From the NCBI GenBank assembly GCA_903875575.1, contig CAIQWJ010000022.1:1162-65161 (forward strand): DNA of 64,000 nt, read 5' to 3'. Numbering within the stretch: the first letter of the stretch is position 1; every line of letters begins with the position of its first letter. Under the pieces are notes generated by a model. That model had not been told where the DNA came from. It did not search any database and saw only the letters and a program-made list of their open reading frames with translations. The translations under genes and the position numbers were made by a program. This stretch comes from an uncultured Acidobacteriia bacterium. Lineage in GTDB: Bacteria > Acidobacteriota > Terriglobia > Bryobacterales > Bryobacteraceae. Shown one piece after another: positions 39,435 to 49,489 of the stretch.

Positions 39435-40826
39435 ATGAACCAACAGGAAAAATTCGACAAGCTGTTTCGCGAGAATCCTCATCCGGTGAAGCCGTTCTTC
39501 GCGCGGCCGCATCTGTCGCGCCGCCGCTTCATGAACATTGCGGGCGCGGGCGTCACGGCATCGTGGGTTGCCTCGAAGATGTCGGGCTCCACAGTGATCA
39601 CCTCGAAGCCGGTCACGGCGATTAATAAGGCGAAGAATGTCATTTACATTCTGCTTGCCGGGGCACCGAGCCACACCGATACCTTCGATCTGAAAGTGGT
39701 TGCCGGCACCACACCCTCGACTTTCAATCCCACCACCACGAACGGCGTCCTGTTTCCCAACGGGCTCATGCCGAAGCTGGGCGCGTCCATGAGCGATTTT
39801 TCGATTGTTCGCTCCATGCAGCCCTGGGCGCTGGTGCATTCGCTGGCGCAGACGTGGACGCAGATCGGACGCAATCCGGCCGGCGTGCTGGGCAACGTCT
39901 CCCCGAACATTGGGAGCGTGGTGGCGATTGAGAAGGATCCGGAACGCACCATCAGCCAGGTATTCCCGACGTTTCTTGCACTGAATTCGGCGGCGGCTGC
40001 GGGTTCGGGCTATATGCCGGCTTCCTATGCGCCGTTCAAGGTGGCGCCCTCCACCACGGGGCTGAAGAATACAACCAATGCAGACGGACAGACGCGCTTC
40101 AATGCGCGCTGGGATTTCCTGCACCACCTGGACGATCCGCTGCGCGGCGGCACTTCGCCGGATGGCTCGGCGGAGGACGATTACGATCAGTTTTACACTG
40201 CGGCCAAGGGCATGATGTACAACCCGACGGTGACCTCGGCGTTTCAGTTCACCACGGCGGAATCCACAGCTTATGGCAGTACAGGCTTTGGAAACGCCTG
40301 CGTGATCGCGAAGAAGGTGCTGGCCGCCAATCAGGGGACGCGCTATGTCGAGATCACGCTTGGCGGCTGGGACATGCACCAGAATATTTACGCAGCCACC
40401 GGGTTGCCTGCGCTGGCGAAACAGCTGGATGACGGGCTCTCGCAGTTGATTGCGGACCTCAAGGCGTCTGGCGCTCTGGACAGCACGCTCATCGTGATGG
40501 CGGGTGAGTTTGGCCGCACGACGGGCAAACTGACGGCAGCGGCAGGGCGCGATCACTACGCGCAGCAGTTCGCTTTCTTTGCCGGCGCGGGCGTCAAGGG
40601 TGGCAAAGCGATCGGCTCGACGGACGCGACTGGATCGACCATTGTGGATTACGGCTGGTCACGCCAGCGCGCGGTGAAGCCGGAAGACGTGGAGGCCACC
40701 ATTTACTCGGCGATGGGAATTAACTGGACGACCGTGCGCTACGACGATCCTCTGGGTCGCGGTTTCTACTACGTGCCGAGTTCGGATCAGGACGTATACG
40801 GGCCGATCAACGAGTTGTGGAAGTAG
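39435..40826 (+). CDS. DUF1501 domain protein (sulfatase-fold, Tat signal)
   Basis: SRRRFMNIAGAGVTA twin-arginine signal. NVIYILLAGAPSHTDTFD and GEFGRT...GRDH are typical of DUF1501. ATG 39435 preferred over the overlapping track start. Confidence 0.85.
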   Translation: MNQQEKFDKLFRENPHPVKPFFARPHLSRRRFMNIAGAGVTASWVASKMSGSTVITSKPVTAINKAKNVIYILLAGAPSHTDTFDLKVVAGTTPSTFNPTTTNGVLFPNGLMPKLGASMSDFSIVRSMQPWALVHSLAQTWTQIGRNPAGVLGNVSPNIGSVVAIEKDPERTISQVFPTFLALNSAAAAGSGYMPASYAPFKVAPSTTGLKNTTNADGQTRFNARWDFLHHLDDPLRGGTSPDGSAEDDYDQFYTAAKGMMYNPTVTSAFQFTTAESTAYGSTGFGNACVIAKKVLAANQGTRYVEITLGGWDMHQNIYAATGLPALAKQLDDGLSQLIADLKASGALDSTLIVMAGEFGRTTGKLTAAAGRDHYAQQFAFFAGAGVKGGKAIGSTDATGSTIVDYGWSRQRAVKPEDVEATIYSAMGINWTTVRYDDPLGRGFYYVPSSDQDVYGPINELWK

Positions 40827-40830
40827 CGGC

Positions 40831-41598
40831 TCAAAGCTCGGTCCACGGAACGTCGAAGATCAGCGCCTTCAGAGCGAGAGCAGCTACCGTAATCAGAAAC
40901 ACGCGTCTCAGAAGCAGAGCGGGCATGCGTTGCGCCCATCTTGCTCCCGTCAGCCCTCCCGCGAAGGAAGCCGCACCCAAAACGCAGCCCAGCGGCCACT
41001 CCACAATCCGGAACCATGCGAAGATCGCCACCGCGATCATCGAAGAGGCGATATTCAACACCTTGGCCGTGGCCATGGCGCGGGTAAACGGATAACGGAA
41101 GAACAGGATGCCCGTCGCGGTAATGAGTGTCGCATAGCCGCCGCTGAGAAATCCGCCGTAAACCGACAATAGCGCAGCCAGGGCGTAGCCGGTGCGCTCG
41201 CGCGTGCGGGTGAGCGGGCTATCGCTTTGCGTGTCAGGTTTTGGCTCGAACAGGAGCAGTACCAGCACCGTCAGCATCGCCGCCGGGATGATCAGGGTCA
41301 TCCATTTGGGCGGCACTCGGAAGAGCAGCCACGCACCCAGTGCGGAGCCACCCAGCGTGAAAGTTACAAGTAACGGCAGGCGGGGCCGATCCATGGCGGG
41401 CGTGCGCACGAAGGGTAGCGCGCCACCTGCACTGAGCAGGGCGAGGGCAAACATGTTGGTGGCGACCGCAACCCGCGCTTCCATCCCAAACATCAGCATC
41501 ACGGGGATGGTGACCAGAGACGTGGAGCCTGTAATCACCGTGACCAGCGAGGTCGCGAAGAAGAAGACCGTCAGGGCCGCGGTTGCCCCGGCGGTCAT
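40831..41598 (-). CDS. TauE/SafE (DUF81) family anion exporter
   Basis: Polytopic membrane protein with two-fold internal repeat character and typical length. ATGA overlap with the nth stop. Confidence 0.75.
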   Translation of the reverse strand: MTAGATAALTVFFFATSLVTVITGSTSLVTIPVMLMFGMEARVAVATNMFALALLSAGGALPFVRTPAMDRPRLPLLVTFTLGGSALGAWLLFRVPPKWMTLIIPAAMLTVLVLLLFEPKPDTQSDSPLTRTRERTGYALAALLSVYGGFLSGGYATLITATGILFFRYPFTRAMATAKVLNIASSMIAVAIFAWFRIVEWPLGCVLGAASFAGGLTGARWAQRMPALLLRRVFLITVAALALKALIFDVPWTEL

Positions 41599-42245
41599 GC
41601 GATCTTATCCGGGGCGCTGCACAGGGAATTCATGGGGCACTCCGCGCACTTTGGTTTGCGCGCCACACAGATGCCGCGGCCGAAGTGAATCAACTGGTGT
41701 GAAAACTGGATCCAGTGATCGCGCGGGATAATCTTCACCAGATCCTGTTCGATCTTTACGGGATCTGCGTTCTTCGTGAGGTTGAGTCGATTGGCAATGC
41801 GCTGCACGTGGGTATCGACGACAATGCCGCTGGCGATGCCGAAGGCCGTGCCCAGGACGACGTTGGCGGTTTTACGCGCCGCGCCGGGAACGGTGATGAG
41901 CTCCTCGAGGGTTTGCGGGATCTTGCCGCCGAAATCGTTGAGGATCTTATTGGCCGCCCCGATGACGGATTTCGCTTTGTTGTTGAAGAAGCCTGTGGAG
42001 CGGATATCGTTGGCCAGGACTTCCTGGCGCACGGTAGCGAAATCCTGAATGGTGGGGTACTTCGCGAAGAGGCCGGGCGTGACCATGTTGACGCGCACGT
42101 CGGTACATTGTGCGGAGAGAATCGTCGCCACCAGTAGTTCCCATGCGTTGCTGTGGTGCAGGGCGCATTCCACGTTCGGGTACGTCTCATTGAGAATTCG
42201 CAGGATCTCGGCGGTGCGCGCGGGGGTATTCTTCTTGATGGCCAT
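41595..42245 (-). CDS. nth: endonuclease III
   Basis: HhH-GPD core ELLVATILSAQCTDVRVN...LPGAARKTANVVL and the C-terminal 4Fe-4S motif CVARKPKCAECPMNSLC. Confidence 0.9.
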   Translation of the reverse strand: MAIKKNTPARTAEILRILNETYPNVECALHHSNAWELLVATILSAQCTDVRVNMVTPGLFAKYPTIQDFATVRQEVLANDIRSTGFFNNKAKSVIGAANKILNDFGGKIPQTLEELITVPGAARKTANVVLGTAFGIASGIVVDTHVQRIANRLNLTKNADPVKIEQDLVKIIPRDHWIQFSHQLIHFGRGICVARKPKCAECPMNSLCSAPDKIA

Positions 42246-43493
42246 TTATTCGTACCTCAGGGCTTCCACGGGAGTGATGCGCATGGCGTTGCGCGCGGGG
42301 TAAATGGTCGCAAGCAGGCTAACCGCCATGGCGAGGCCCGCGATCCAGACGCCATCGAGCAGGTTCGGTTTGAAGGGAACAAAGCTCAGGGCATAGATAG
42401 AAGCTTCGAGCGGTATCCACTGGTAGTGATCGGCCAAATAGCAGACGGAGTAACCGACCACCAGTCCGATGACTGTGCCCGCTACGCCGATCATGGCTCC
42501 CTGCATTAGAAAAATGAGCCGGATCTGCGAGCGCCGCGCGCCCATGGACATGAGCACCGCGATGTCTTTGAATTTCGTGAGCACAATCATGGTCAGGGCG
42601 ACAAGAATATTGAGGGCGGCCACGATTTCGATGAGGCCGATGGTGACAAAGGTCACTTTGCTTTCCATCTTCAGTGCGCCGAAAAGCTGCTTGTTCTGAT
42701 CCTGCCAGTTGTTGGCGGTGTAGCGGCGGCCAGCCACGCGTTCCGCTTCTTTAGCAACTTCAGGGGCGAGCGATGGGTTATCGGTGCGGATCTCGATGTC
42801 GTTGGCGACGTCGCCCGCACCGAGGAGTTTCTGGGTATCGGTCAGCGTCGCGAAAGCCCAGTGGTCGTCGAAATCGTAGAATCCGGATTCGAAGATGCCG
42901 ACGACGCGGAAGGGCTGCGTTCGCGGAGCAGGGCCGAAGGGAGTGAGCGTCCCCTGCGGATTTACAACGGTGACCACGCTGTTCACCATCGCTCCGGCAT
43001 CCTGCGCGGCGCGTGAACCCAGAATGAGGCCGGGCAGGTCGGTGCTGCCGGGCCGGGGAATGAGGCCGTTGATCGATCCGTCTTTGAGGTGATGAAGAAC
43101 CTCGCTGGTCTCCAGCTCTGAGCGCATCTCCACACCCTTGAGCACGATTAGAATGGTGCCCTGGGGTCCGGAGACGACGATGCCGGGATCATACAGCACC
43201 GGCGCAGCAGCCACCACGTGCGGCACGCGGCGCATCTTCTCCGTGAGTTCGCGCCAATCTGAAATTCCCTGTGAGGTGTCTTTGCGTTCGATGTTGACGT
43301 GAGCGGTGGCGCTCAACAAACTGTTCTGCAGCGTGTCGCGAAAACCGTTATTCACGGCCAGCGCAATCACCAGTGCCATGACGCCGGCGGCGACACCTGC
43401 CACCGAGATCCACGTCACGGCGGAGATCACCTTCTCCTTACGCCTTGTGCGCAGGTAGCGACCGGCTACGAACCATTCGAACGCTTTGCTCAC
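42246..43493 (-). CDS. LolC/LolE-type lipoprotein-releasing ABC permease (FtsX-like)
   Basis: FEWFVAGRYLRTRRKEKVISAVTWISVAGVAAGVMALV, a MacB-like periplasmic domain, and a C-terminal FtsX domain. Confidence 0.8.
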   Translation of the reverse strand: MSKAFEWFVAGRYLRTRRKEKVISAVTWISVAGVAAGVMALVIALAVNNGFRDTLQNSLLSATAHVNIERKDTSQGISDWRELTEKMRRVPHVVAAAPVLYDPGIVVSGPQGTILIVLKGVEMRSELETSEVLHHLKDGSINGLIPRPGSTDLPGLILGSRAAQDAGAMVNSVVTVVNPQGTLTPFGPAPRTQPFRVVGIFESGFYDFDDHWAFATLTDTQKLLGAGDVANDIEIRTDNPSLAPEVAKEAERVAGRRYTANNWQDQNKQLFGALKMESKVTFVTIGLIEIVAALNILVALTMIVLTKFKDIAVLMSMGARRSQIRLIFLMQGAMIGVAGTVIGLVVGYSVCYLADHYQWIPLEASIYALSFVPFKPNLLDGVWIAGLAMAVSLLATIYPARNAMRITPVEALRYE

Positions 43494-43496
43494 GGA

Positions 43497-45044
43497 TCAG
43501 CCGCCGAGGCGGCGGAGTTTGTCCGCCATGCCGATTTCGCCTTCCGGCCGCAGCAGCGGGAACAGAATCACGTCGCGGATGGATTGACGGTTGGTGAGCA
43601 GCATCGTGAGGCGGTCGATGCCGAGCCCTTCGCCTGCCGTGGGAGGCATCCCGTAGGACATAGCTCGGAGATAATCTTCGTCCATCTGGTGCGCTTCGTC
43701 GTCACCGCGTTCCCGCATATCGAGCTGCCCATCGAAACGGCGCCGCTGCTCGATGGGGTTGTTGAGCTCGGTGAAGGCGTTGCCGATCTCCATGCCCGCG
43801 ATGAAGATTTCGAAGCGATCCACCATGGCAGGATCGTCCGGGTTGTTGTTGGCAAGCGGGGAGATTTCGATGGGGAATTCGTAAACCATCGTCGGCTGGA
43901 TCAGCTTGTGCTCGGCGTGGATTTCGAAGAGATGTGCGAGCGCTTCGCCGGCAGTGGCTTTACCGGTTTCGTTGAGCAGCCATTGGGGATCACGAACGTT
44001 GTCCATGGTGGGGCGGTTTTCGATACCGTCCCAGAATTCGACGACAGCTTCCCGCATGGTCATGCGGCGCAGGCCGCTGAAATCGAGAGTCAAATCGCCG
44101 TATGGGACAGAGGTACAGCCGGTGGCATCGATGGCCAACTGGCGGAGCAGCTCTTCGGTGAAGTCCATCAGGCCCTTGTAATCGGTATAGGCCTGGTAGA
44201 ACTCGATCATGGTGAATTCCGGGTTGTGCCGCGTGGAGATGCCTTCATTGCGGAAATTGCGGTTGATTTCGTAAACGCGTTCGAAGCCGCCCACAATGAG
44301 GCGCTTCAGATACAACTCCGGCGCGATGCGCATGTACAGATCGATATCGAGCGTGTTGTGGTGCGTGACGAAGGGGCGTGCGGCGGCACCGCCGTAGATC
44401 GCCTGGAGCATGGGCGTCTCTACTTCCATGTAGCCGCGCGCTTCCAGCTGGCGGCGAATGGAGGAGATGATTTTCGCGCGAGTCACGAAGACGGGGCGTA
44501 CTTCCGGGTTGGCGATGAGATCGAGATAGCGCTGCCGGTAACGGGTTTCTACGTCTTCGAGACCGTGAAACTTCTCCGGCATGGCGAGCAGCGTCTTGGA
44601 GAGGAATTCCAGCTTTTCCACGTGCAGGCTGAGTTCGCCGGTGCGTGTGCGGAAGAGATAGCCTTCGGCACCAATGATGTCGCCGAGATCGAGCAGCACG
44701 AAGAGCGCGTAATCGCGTTCCGGCACGCCGTCTTTGCGGATGTAGAGCTGGAACTTTTCGCCGTTCTGCTGGATGTGAAGAAACCCGGCTTTACCCATGG
44801 GACGCTTCGTCTGCACGCGGCCCGCGATTTTGACGCGGATTTCGGGCACCAGTTCCTCCGCGGTCTTCGCGGAGTAATCGCGCAGGATTTCCGGCACGGT
44901 GTGGGTGAAATCGAAGCGTTTGCCGAACGGCTTGTAACCCAGGGCTTCAATCTCACCGATGCGCGCAACGCGCTGCTCAAATAGTCCGTCTTCCAGCGAC
45001 AAAAAAGTACTCTCCTGATTTTCTTCACCGTGCCACTCTGACAC
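43497..45044 (-). CDS. lysS: lysine--tRNA ligase (class II)
   Basis: OB-fold N-domain ([22 protein letters not shown]). Class II motifs ([32 protein letters not shown]). Confidence 0.95.
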   Translation of the reverse strand: MSEWHGEENQESTFLSLEDGLFEQRVARIGEIEALGYKPFGKRFDFTHTVPEILRDYSAKTAEELVPEIRVKIAGRVQTKRPMGKAGFLHIQQNGEKFQLYIRKDGVPERDYALFVLLDLGDIIGAEGYLFRTRTGELSLHVEKLEFLSKTLLAMPEKFHGLEDVETRYRQRYLDLIANPEVRPVFVTRAKIISSIRRQLEARGYMEVETPMLQAIYGGAAARPFVTHHNTLDIDLYMRIAPELYLKRLIVGGFERVYEINRNFRNEGISTRHNPEFTMIEFYQAYTDYKGLMDFTEELLRQLAIDATGCTSVPYGDLTLDFSGLRRMTMREAVVEFWDGIENRPTMDNVRDPQWLLNETGKATAGEALAHLFEIHAEHKLIQPTMVYEFPIEISPLANNNPDDPAMVDRFEIFIAGMEIGNAFTELNNPIEQRRRFDGQLDMRERGDDEAHQMDEDYLRAMSYGMPPTAGEGLGIDRLTMLLTNRQSIRDVILFPLLRPEGEIGMADKLRRLGG

Positions 45045-45150
45045 GGTCCTGATGGGGATTCTTCATTATCGCTGATGGTGCCGTCAGATCGGCAGGGTAA
45101 CCTGCGCAGCAGGGAGGTATGAGCAGCGATGGGGCGGGAACGGATCGGGT

Positions 45151-45909
45151 ATGATGAATTTTCGTCTACCCACTCCGATCTTGATTCGATCCATATCCAT
45201 CGTCGTCCCGGCGTACAACGAAGAGTCCCGCTTGCCGGAGACGATTCGCCGTATCCAGACATATCTATCGAACTCAGAATGGTTCTTCCATGAGATCCTC
45301 GTTGTCGACGATGGCTCCACGGATGGGACGGCAGCTGCGGTGGAAGCCTTCGCACGCGAATATCCCAATATCCGGTTGGTGAAGAATCCGGGCAACCGAG
45401 GGAAAGGTTATTCGGTCCGTCACGGCATGGCTGAGGCGCTGGGTGAATGGCGGCTGTTCACGGATGCCGACCTTTCCGCGCCCATTGAGGAACTGGAGAA
45501 ACTCTGGGACGCCATGGAACGGGATCATTCGGAGGTGGCGATCGGCTCGCGCGCGCTGGACAGGTCGCTGATCGGCGTGCACCAGCCGGGCATGCGGGAA
45601 CGCGCGGGCAGAATATTCAACGCCGTGATGCGCGCCGTGGTGGGTCTGCCGGTGGCGGATACGCAGTGTGGCTTCAAGTTGTTTCAGGGCGCGGCTTCGC
45701 TGGAGATTTTTCCGCGGCAGACGCAGGATCGTTTTGGTTTTGACGTGGAAATCCTCTTCATTGCGAAAAAACACGGCTATAAGATTTCCGAAGTACCCGT
45801 GCGCTGGAACCACATGGAAGGCAGCAAGGTGGGAATGCTGACCGGCCTGCACGCGTTTTCTGAACTGGCAGCCGTGCGCTGGAACGACATGCTGGGCAAG
45901 TACAAGTAG
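45151..45909 (+). CDS. GT2 polyprenyl/dolichyl-phosphate glycosyltransferase-like protein
   Basis: ISIVVPAYNEE...EILVVDDGSTDGT...TDADLS...DTQCGFKLF are DPM1/Alg5/ArnC-like GT-A motifs. Confidence 0.8.
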   Translation: MMNFRLPTPILIRSISIVVPAYNEESRLPETIRRIQTYLSNSEWFFHEILVVDDGSTDGTAAAVEAFAREYPNIRLVKNPGNRGKGYSVRHGMAEALGEWRLFTDADLSAPIEELEKLWDAMERDHSEVAIGSRALDRSLIGVHQPGMRERAGRIFNAVMRAVVGLPVADTQCGFKLFQGAASLEIFPRQTQDRFGFDVEILFIAKKHGYKISEVPVRWNHMEGSKVGMLTGLHAFSELAAVRWNDMLGKYK

Positions 45910-47397
45910 TTATCTTTGCGATTCAGCTGTTCGGTGCGCGGAGGCAACGCACTCGGCAAAGCCATTCTGAAATAACGGAACCCCGCTGTTAGTGACGGGC
46001 ACAGGGGTGCCCGGTTGCGCCGCGCCTGGTTGTGCCGTTCGACAGGCCGCTTCAGCCTGCAGCGCTGTCGAATGCCACGCGCTCAGGTTATGCTCCAGAA
46101 TTCCTGCCATGCCGAGCAGCATCATAGCGGCCACAGCGATACGTCGTTTGTCGCCATCCCGCAGCAGACTGCCTGGCAGCAGTGCAAACAGCGCGCCCGG
46201 CAGGTAAAGTACGCGCGACCCCATGGCCGATTGTCCGATCAGCGCCAGATGAATCGCGGGAAGAACGGCGCAACAGGTGGCGGCGATCAGACGGAGTTGC
46301 GTTGAGCCGCTCCGGCCAGAGACTTCGCGGTTCGTTGTCGCCAGATAGAGCATCCCGAGCATACTCGTGCCGATTGACAACGGCAGCCACCATGTATGTG
46401 GCGCGTCCCAGTTGACCGGAGTCAACAGTACGGCCCAGGTTCGGATCAACAAGGCCTTTATGACGGGCAAAGGGTGCAGGGAAAAGATGGCGGGCCTGCC
46501 TGTGGCAGGGTCGGCATAGCCGCCTGGTCCGTGAAAAAGATGCCAGCGCCAGGCGAACAGGGTGGCACAGGCTATAGCGGCGGCGGCAATTGAGTTTCGG
46601 GCGTGCGGCCACAAAATACAGGCCGCGATCAGCGGCAGGGCATAGGCACTTTCCTTGAAGCATATCCCCACACAAGACAACAGCAGCACGGGTGCAAACC
46701 CGGTGCGTGAACTGCCCGACGCCAGGAAGATGGCCGCGAGTACGCAGGCGCAGGCAAGCAGATCGGCGTTGCCGGCGGTCCACAATGCCACTTCCGGGCG
46801 GGTTCCGTTGAGCCCGAAGGCAAGGCTCGAAACGACGGCCGCAGCCTGGTTACGCCAGAGCCGCCACGCAATGGCGAAGACGAGCAGACTGTTCAGCAGG
46901 TGCAGGACGAGCCCGGGCACGTGCCATTTTACGGGGTCTGTGCCGCCCAATGCGATCAGCGTCTGGTAATAGGCCGTGGTCAGCGGACGCCAGGAACCGT
47001 CGCCTCCCGCTCGATGAAGGGCCGCGAGAAAGCCACTCCAGTGGAAAGCCGGGCCGGACACGATGGTGTAATCGTCGCTCAGGAATGGGTCCGCGAGGTT
47101 GTGCGCGAAAGCCAGCGCGATGACGAATCCAACGGCCAGCGGCAACCACGGAGCGAGTGCGGGTCTTGTATTGGCGCGGTCGGTACCGTTCCACGCCACG
47201 CGCCTGCCGCAGAAGAGAAGAGTTACCAGCAGCGCCAGCCAGAATGCGCCTTCAGCGAAAAACGGGGAACCCACCACGGTGTGCGTTTCGGGAAGACGAA
47301 AGGGTCCGAGTGCGGCGCGCAGAGTCAGAATTGCCGTGGCCACAACAGCAATGCCCGCGGCGATGCATTGCGCGGCGGTTTGGCGTGACAGCGACAA
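45910..47397 (-). CDS. polytopic GT-C-like membrane glycosyltransferase (PMT_2/TMTC-like N-domain, no TPR tail)
   Basis: About 11-13 hydrophobic helices. The first-loop motif FLSDDYTIV...WRPLTT...WHVPGLVLHLLNS resembles the DD/RPL motif region of TMTC/PMT-like enzymes. Convergent with the GT2 gene with zero spacing. Confidence 0.5.
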   Translation of the reverse strand: MSLSRQTAAQCIAAGIAVVATAILTLRAALGPFRLPETHTVVGSPFFAEGAFWLALLVTLLFCGRRVAWNGTDRANTRPALAPWLPLAVGFVIALAFAHNLADPFLSDDYTIVSGPAFHWSGFLAALHRAGGDGSWRPLTTAYYQTLIALGGTDPVKWHVPGLVLHLLNSLLVFAIAWRLWRNQAAAVVSSLAFGLNGTRPEVALWTAGNADLLACACVLAAIFLASGSSRTGFAPVLLLSCVGICFKESAYALPLIAACILWPHARNSIAAAAIACATLFAWRWHLFHGPGGYADPATGRPAIFSLHPLPVIKALLIRTWAVLLTPVNWDAPHTWWLPLSIGTSMLGMLYLATTNREVSGRSGSTQLRLIAATCCAVLPAIHLALIGQSAMGSRVLYLPGALFALLPGSLLRDGDKRRIAVAAMMLLGMAGILEHNLSAWHSTALQAEAACRTAQPGAAQPGTPVPVTNSGVPLFQNGFAECVASAHRTAESQR

Positions 47398-47447
47398 GTA
47401 TCGAGTTTAACCGGCAGTGCAGTGCCATGATGGGAGGACTGCACTTT

Positions 47448-48077
47448 ATGTCCGCGTCTGAATTCACCTCATCCACTTTCATTCATAATTTTGTGCCCGG
47501 GAAACTGGCCGCCACCGTACTCGTCCTGCACGGTCAGGGGGGCGACGAGAATGACCTCCTGCCCGTCGCCCGCGCGCTGGCTCCGGGGGCTGCGTTCCTG
47601 AGTCCGCGTGGCAAGGCGATGGAGAACGGGGCGCGGCGATTCTTTGCGCGGGTGGCACCTGATATTTTCGACGAAACGGAAGTTCGCACCCGCACCGCTG
47701 AACTGGCCGATTGGGTGAAGGCGGCGGTGGCGCATTACGGTCTGGATTCTACGCAGGTTTACGCGCTGGGGTTTTCCAACGGTGCGAGTATTGCTGGCTC
47801 CGTCATGCTGCTGGACCCCGGCGTTCTCGCGGGTGGGTTGCTGCTGCGACCGAGATCCATTGTGGAGCCTGAACCGCTGCCAGACCTTAGCGCGCGTGTG
47901 CTGGTGATTGCGGGCGAGCGCGATGAAAAGATGCCGGCCGGCGCGAGCGAATATCTGGCCCGGCAACTGGGCAGGGCAGGGGCGGCTGTGGAGATGGCAA
48001 TGCTCGATGCGGAGCACGGGCTCACGCCGCAGGATTTCTATTTAGGGAAGAACTGGTTTACGAAGATCCTTGAATAA
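47448..48077 (+). CDS. alpha/beta hydrolase (phospholipase/carboxylesterase family)
   Basis: VLVLHGQGGDENDL and the nucleophile elbow GFSNGA. GGGAGGA lies 9 nt upstream of ATG 47448. The longer track ORF is read-through antisense to the neighbouring gene. Confidence 0.75.
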   Translation: MSASEFTSSTFIHNFVPGKLAATVLVLHGQGGDENDLLPVARALAPGAAFLSPRGKAMENGARRFFARVAPDIFDETEVRTRTAELADWVKAAVAHYGLDSTQVYALGFSNGASIAGSVMLLDPGVLAGGLLLRPRSIVEPEPLPDLSARVLVIAGERDEKMPAGASEYLARQLGRAGAAVEMAMLDAEHGLTPQDFYLGKNWFTKILE

Positions 48078-48127
48078 CCGGGCGTCTTGCTCTAAACGAA
48101 AGCACCGTTTGCGTGGATGAGGTTGAC

Positions 48128-49474
48128 ATGTCCCATTCAACCCAGAACGCAGCTTCCGGTGCGTCCAATCGAGCAACCACTAGTGTCTCCACAAAAATCC
48201 TCCTGATTGTCTCGATCTTCTCCCTTCCCATCGGCGTCCTGGCCTATCTGCTGGCCGCAAATTACACACCGCAGATTGAAACGGCACGCGTGGAAATCAG
48301 TGGCAATGCGTTCCAGCGGCCGCTGATGCGGGTCGTCTCCGAACTGATGAAGAATAAGACCCTGATCGATACCTGCGACGGGCAGGATTGTGAGAAGCTT
48401 CGTTCGGAACGCCGGACCGCAACACGGGCGGCCTTCGACGAAGCCGCGAAACAGGGTACTGACCACGCTGCTGAATTGAAGATCGGCGACGACGACCTTG
48501 CACAGAAACATCTGGCGGATCTGTCCGTGCACAGCCTGCAAAAGCAATGGCAGGCTTTGGACACCGACGGCGCTGTTGCCACGGCAGCGGAGCGTGGTGC
48601 GGTTTCCAGTCGCTACGGGAATCTGATCGGACAGGTGAGGCAACTGGCTGGCTATGTCGGCAACACGTCGACACTGATCCTGGATCCCGACCTCGATAGC
48701 TACTATGTGGTGGACGTTACCTTGCTTGCGATGCCGGAAGTGACCGCCCGGATCGAGAGAACCTCCGGTCTGGCAAGCAGTCTGGTGAACGGCGGGGGGG
48801 CGCCCGTCGATCGGGCCGCCCTGGAAAATGAGAGTAAACTTCTGGATCAGGATTTGGCGCGCATTGCGGCCAGCAACCAGACCAGCTTCGATGCGGACGC
48901 GGATTCGCACGGTACCAGCCCCACCCTTGTGTCTTCGCTCCGTCCCGCCCTGGGGCGGTACCAGAGCGCGATGAACAACTATCGCCGGACCCTCGACGAT
49001 TCGCTGAAGGAGCCTTCCGTCGTGAATGCGTCAGCGCTGGCGAGTGCGACCAATCAGGCGAACTCGGCGAGCCTGGAGTACTGGAACGTCGCGGCCGGCG
49101 AACTGGACCAGTTGCTTCAGGCCCGGATCGGCGACTTCCAGACGAGCCGGGCTGAGGCGCTGGGGGCCTCGGGATTCGTCGTTCTGCTGGCGGCATTTGT
49201 GGCCTTCGCTCTTGGACGCTCCATCACCAGACCGCTGCAAAGTCTGGTGCAGAACCTCGGACCTGGTGCCACGCTTCTTGCTTCGTCCGTCGAGCGTATC
49301 GCGGAGACCAGTCAAAGCGCGATTCCCGATCCGGAGATCGCGGCGATCATCTGCGAGGAACTGAATGCCCATGCGGATAACATGCGCAGCGCAGTGATGG
49401 AACTCGCCCGCCACGTGGAGGGCAGCGGCGCGAACCGGGTTACGCCACAGCTTGCCGGGGCATCGAAGGAATAG
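48128..49474 (+). CDS. two-TM sensor-like protein with HAMP-like start but no recognisable output domain
   Basis: TM1 ILLIVSIFSLPIGVLAYLLAA, then a ~290-aa helical periplasmic domain containing LILDPDLDSYYVVD. TM2 GFVVLLAAFVAFALG is followed by RSITRPLQSLV (HAMP AS1-like). Only ~85 aa remain after that. Confidence 0.5.
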   Translation: MSHSTQNAASGASNRATTSVSTKILLIVSIFSLPIGVLAYLLAANYTPQIETARVEISGNAFQRPLMRVVSELMKNKTLIDTCDGQDCEKLRSERRTATRAAFDEAAKQGTDHAAELKIGDDDLAQKHLADLSVHSLQKQWQALDTDGAVATAAERGAVSSRYGNLIGQVRQLAGYVGNTSTLILDPDLDSYYVVDVTLLAMPEVTARIERTSGLASSLVNGGGAPVDRAALENESKLLDQDLARIAASNQTSFDADADSHGTSPTLVSSLRPALGRYQSAMNNYRRTLDDSLKEPSVVNASALASATNQANSASLEYWNVAAGELDQLLQARIGDFQTSRAEALGASGFVVLLAAFVAFALGRSITRPLQSLVQNLGPGATLLASSVERIAETSQSAIPDPEIAAIICEELNAHADNMRSAVMELARHVEGSGANRVTPQLAGASKE

Positions 49475-49489
49475 GGCAAAGGGGAAAAT

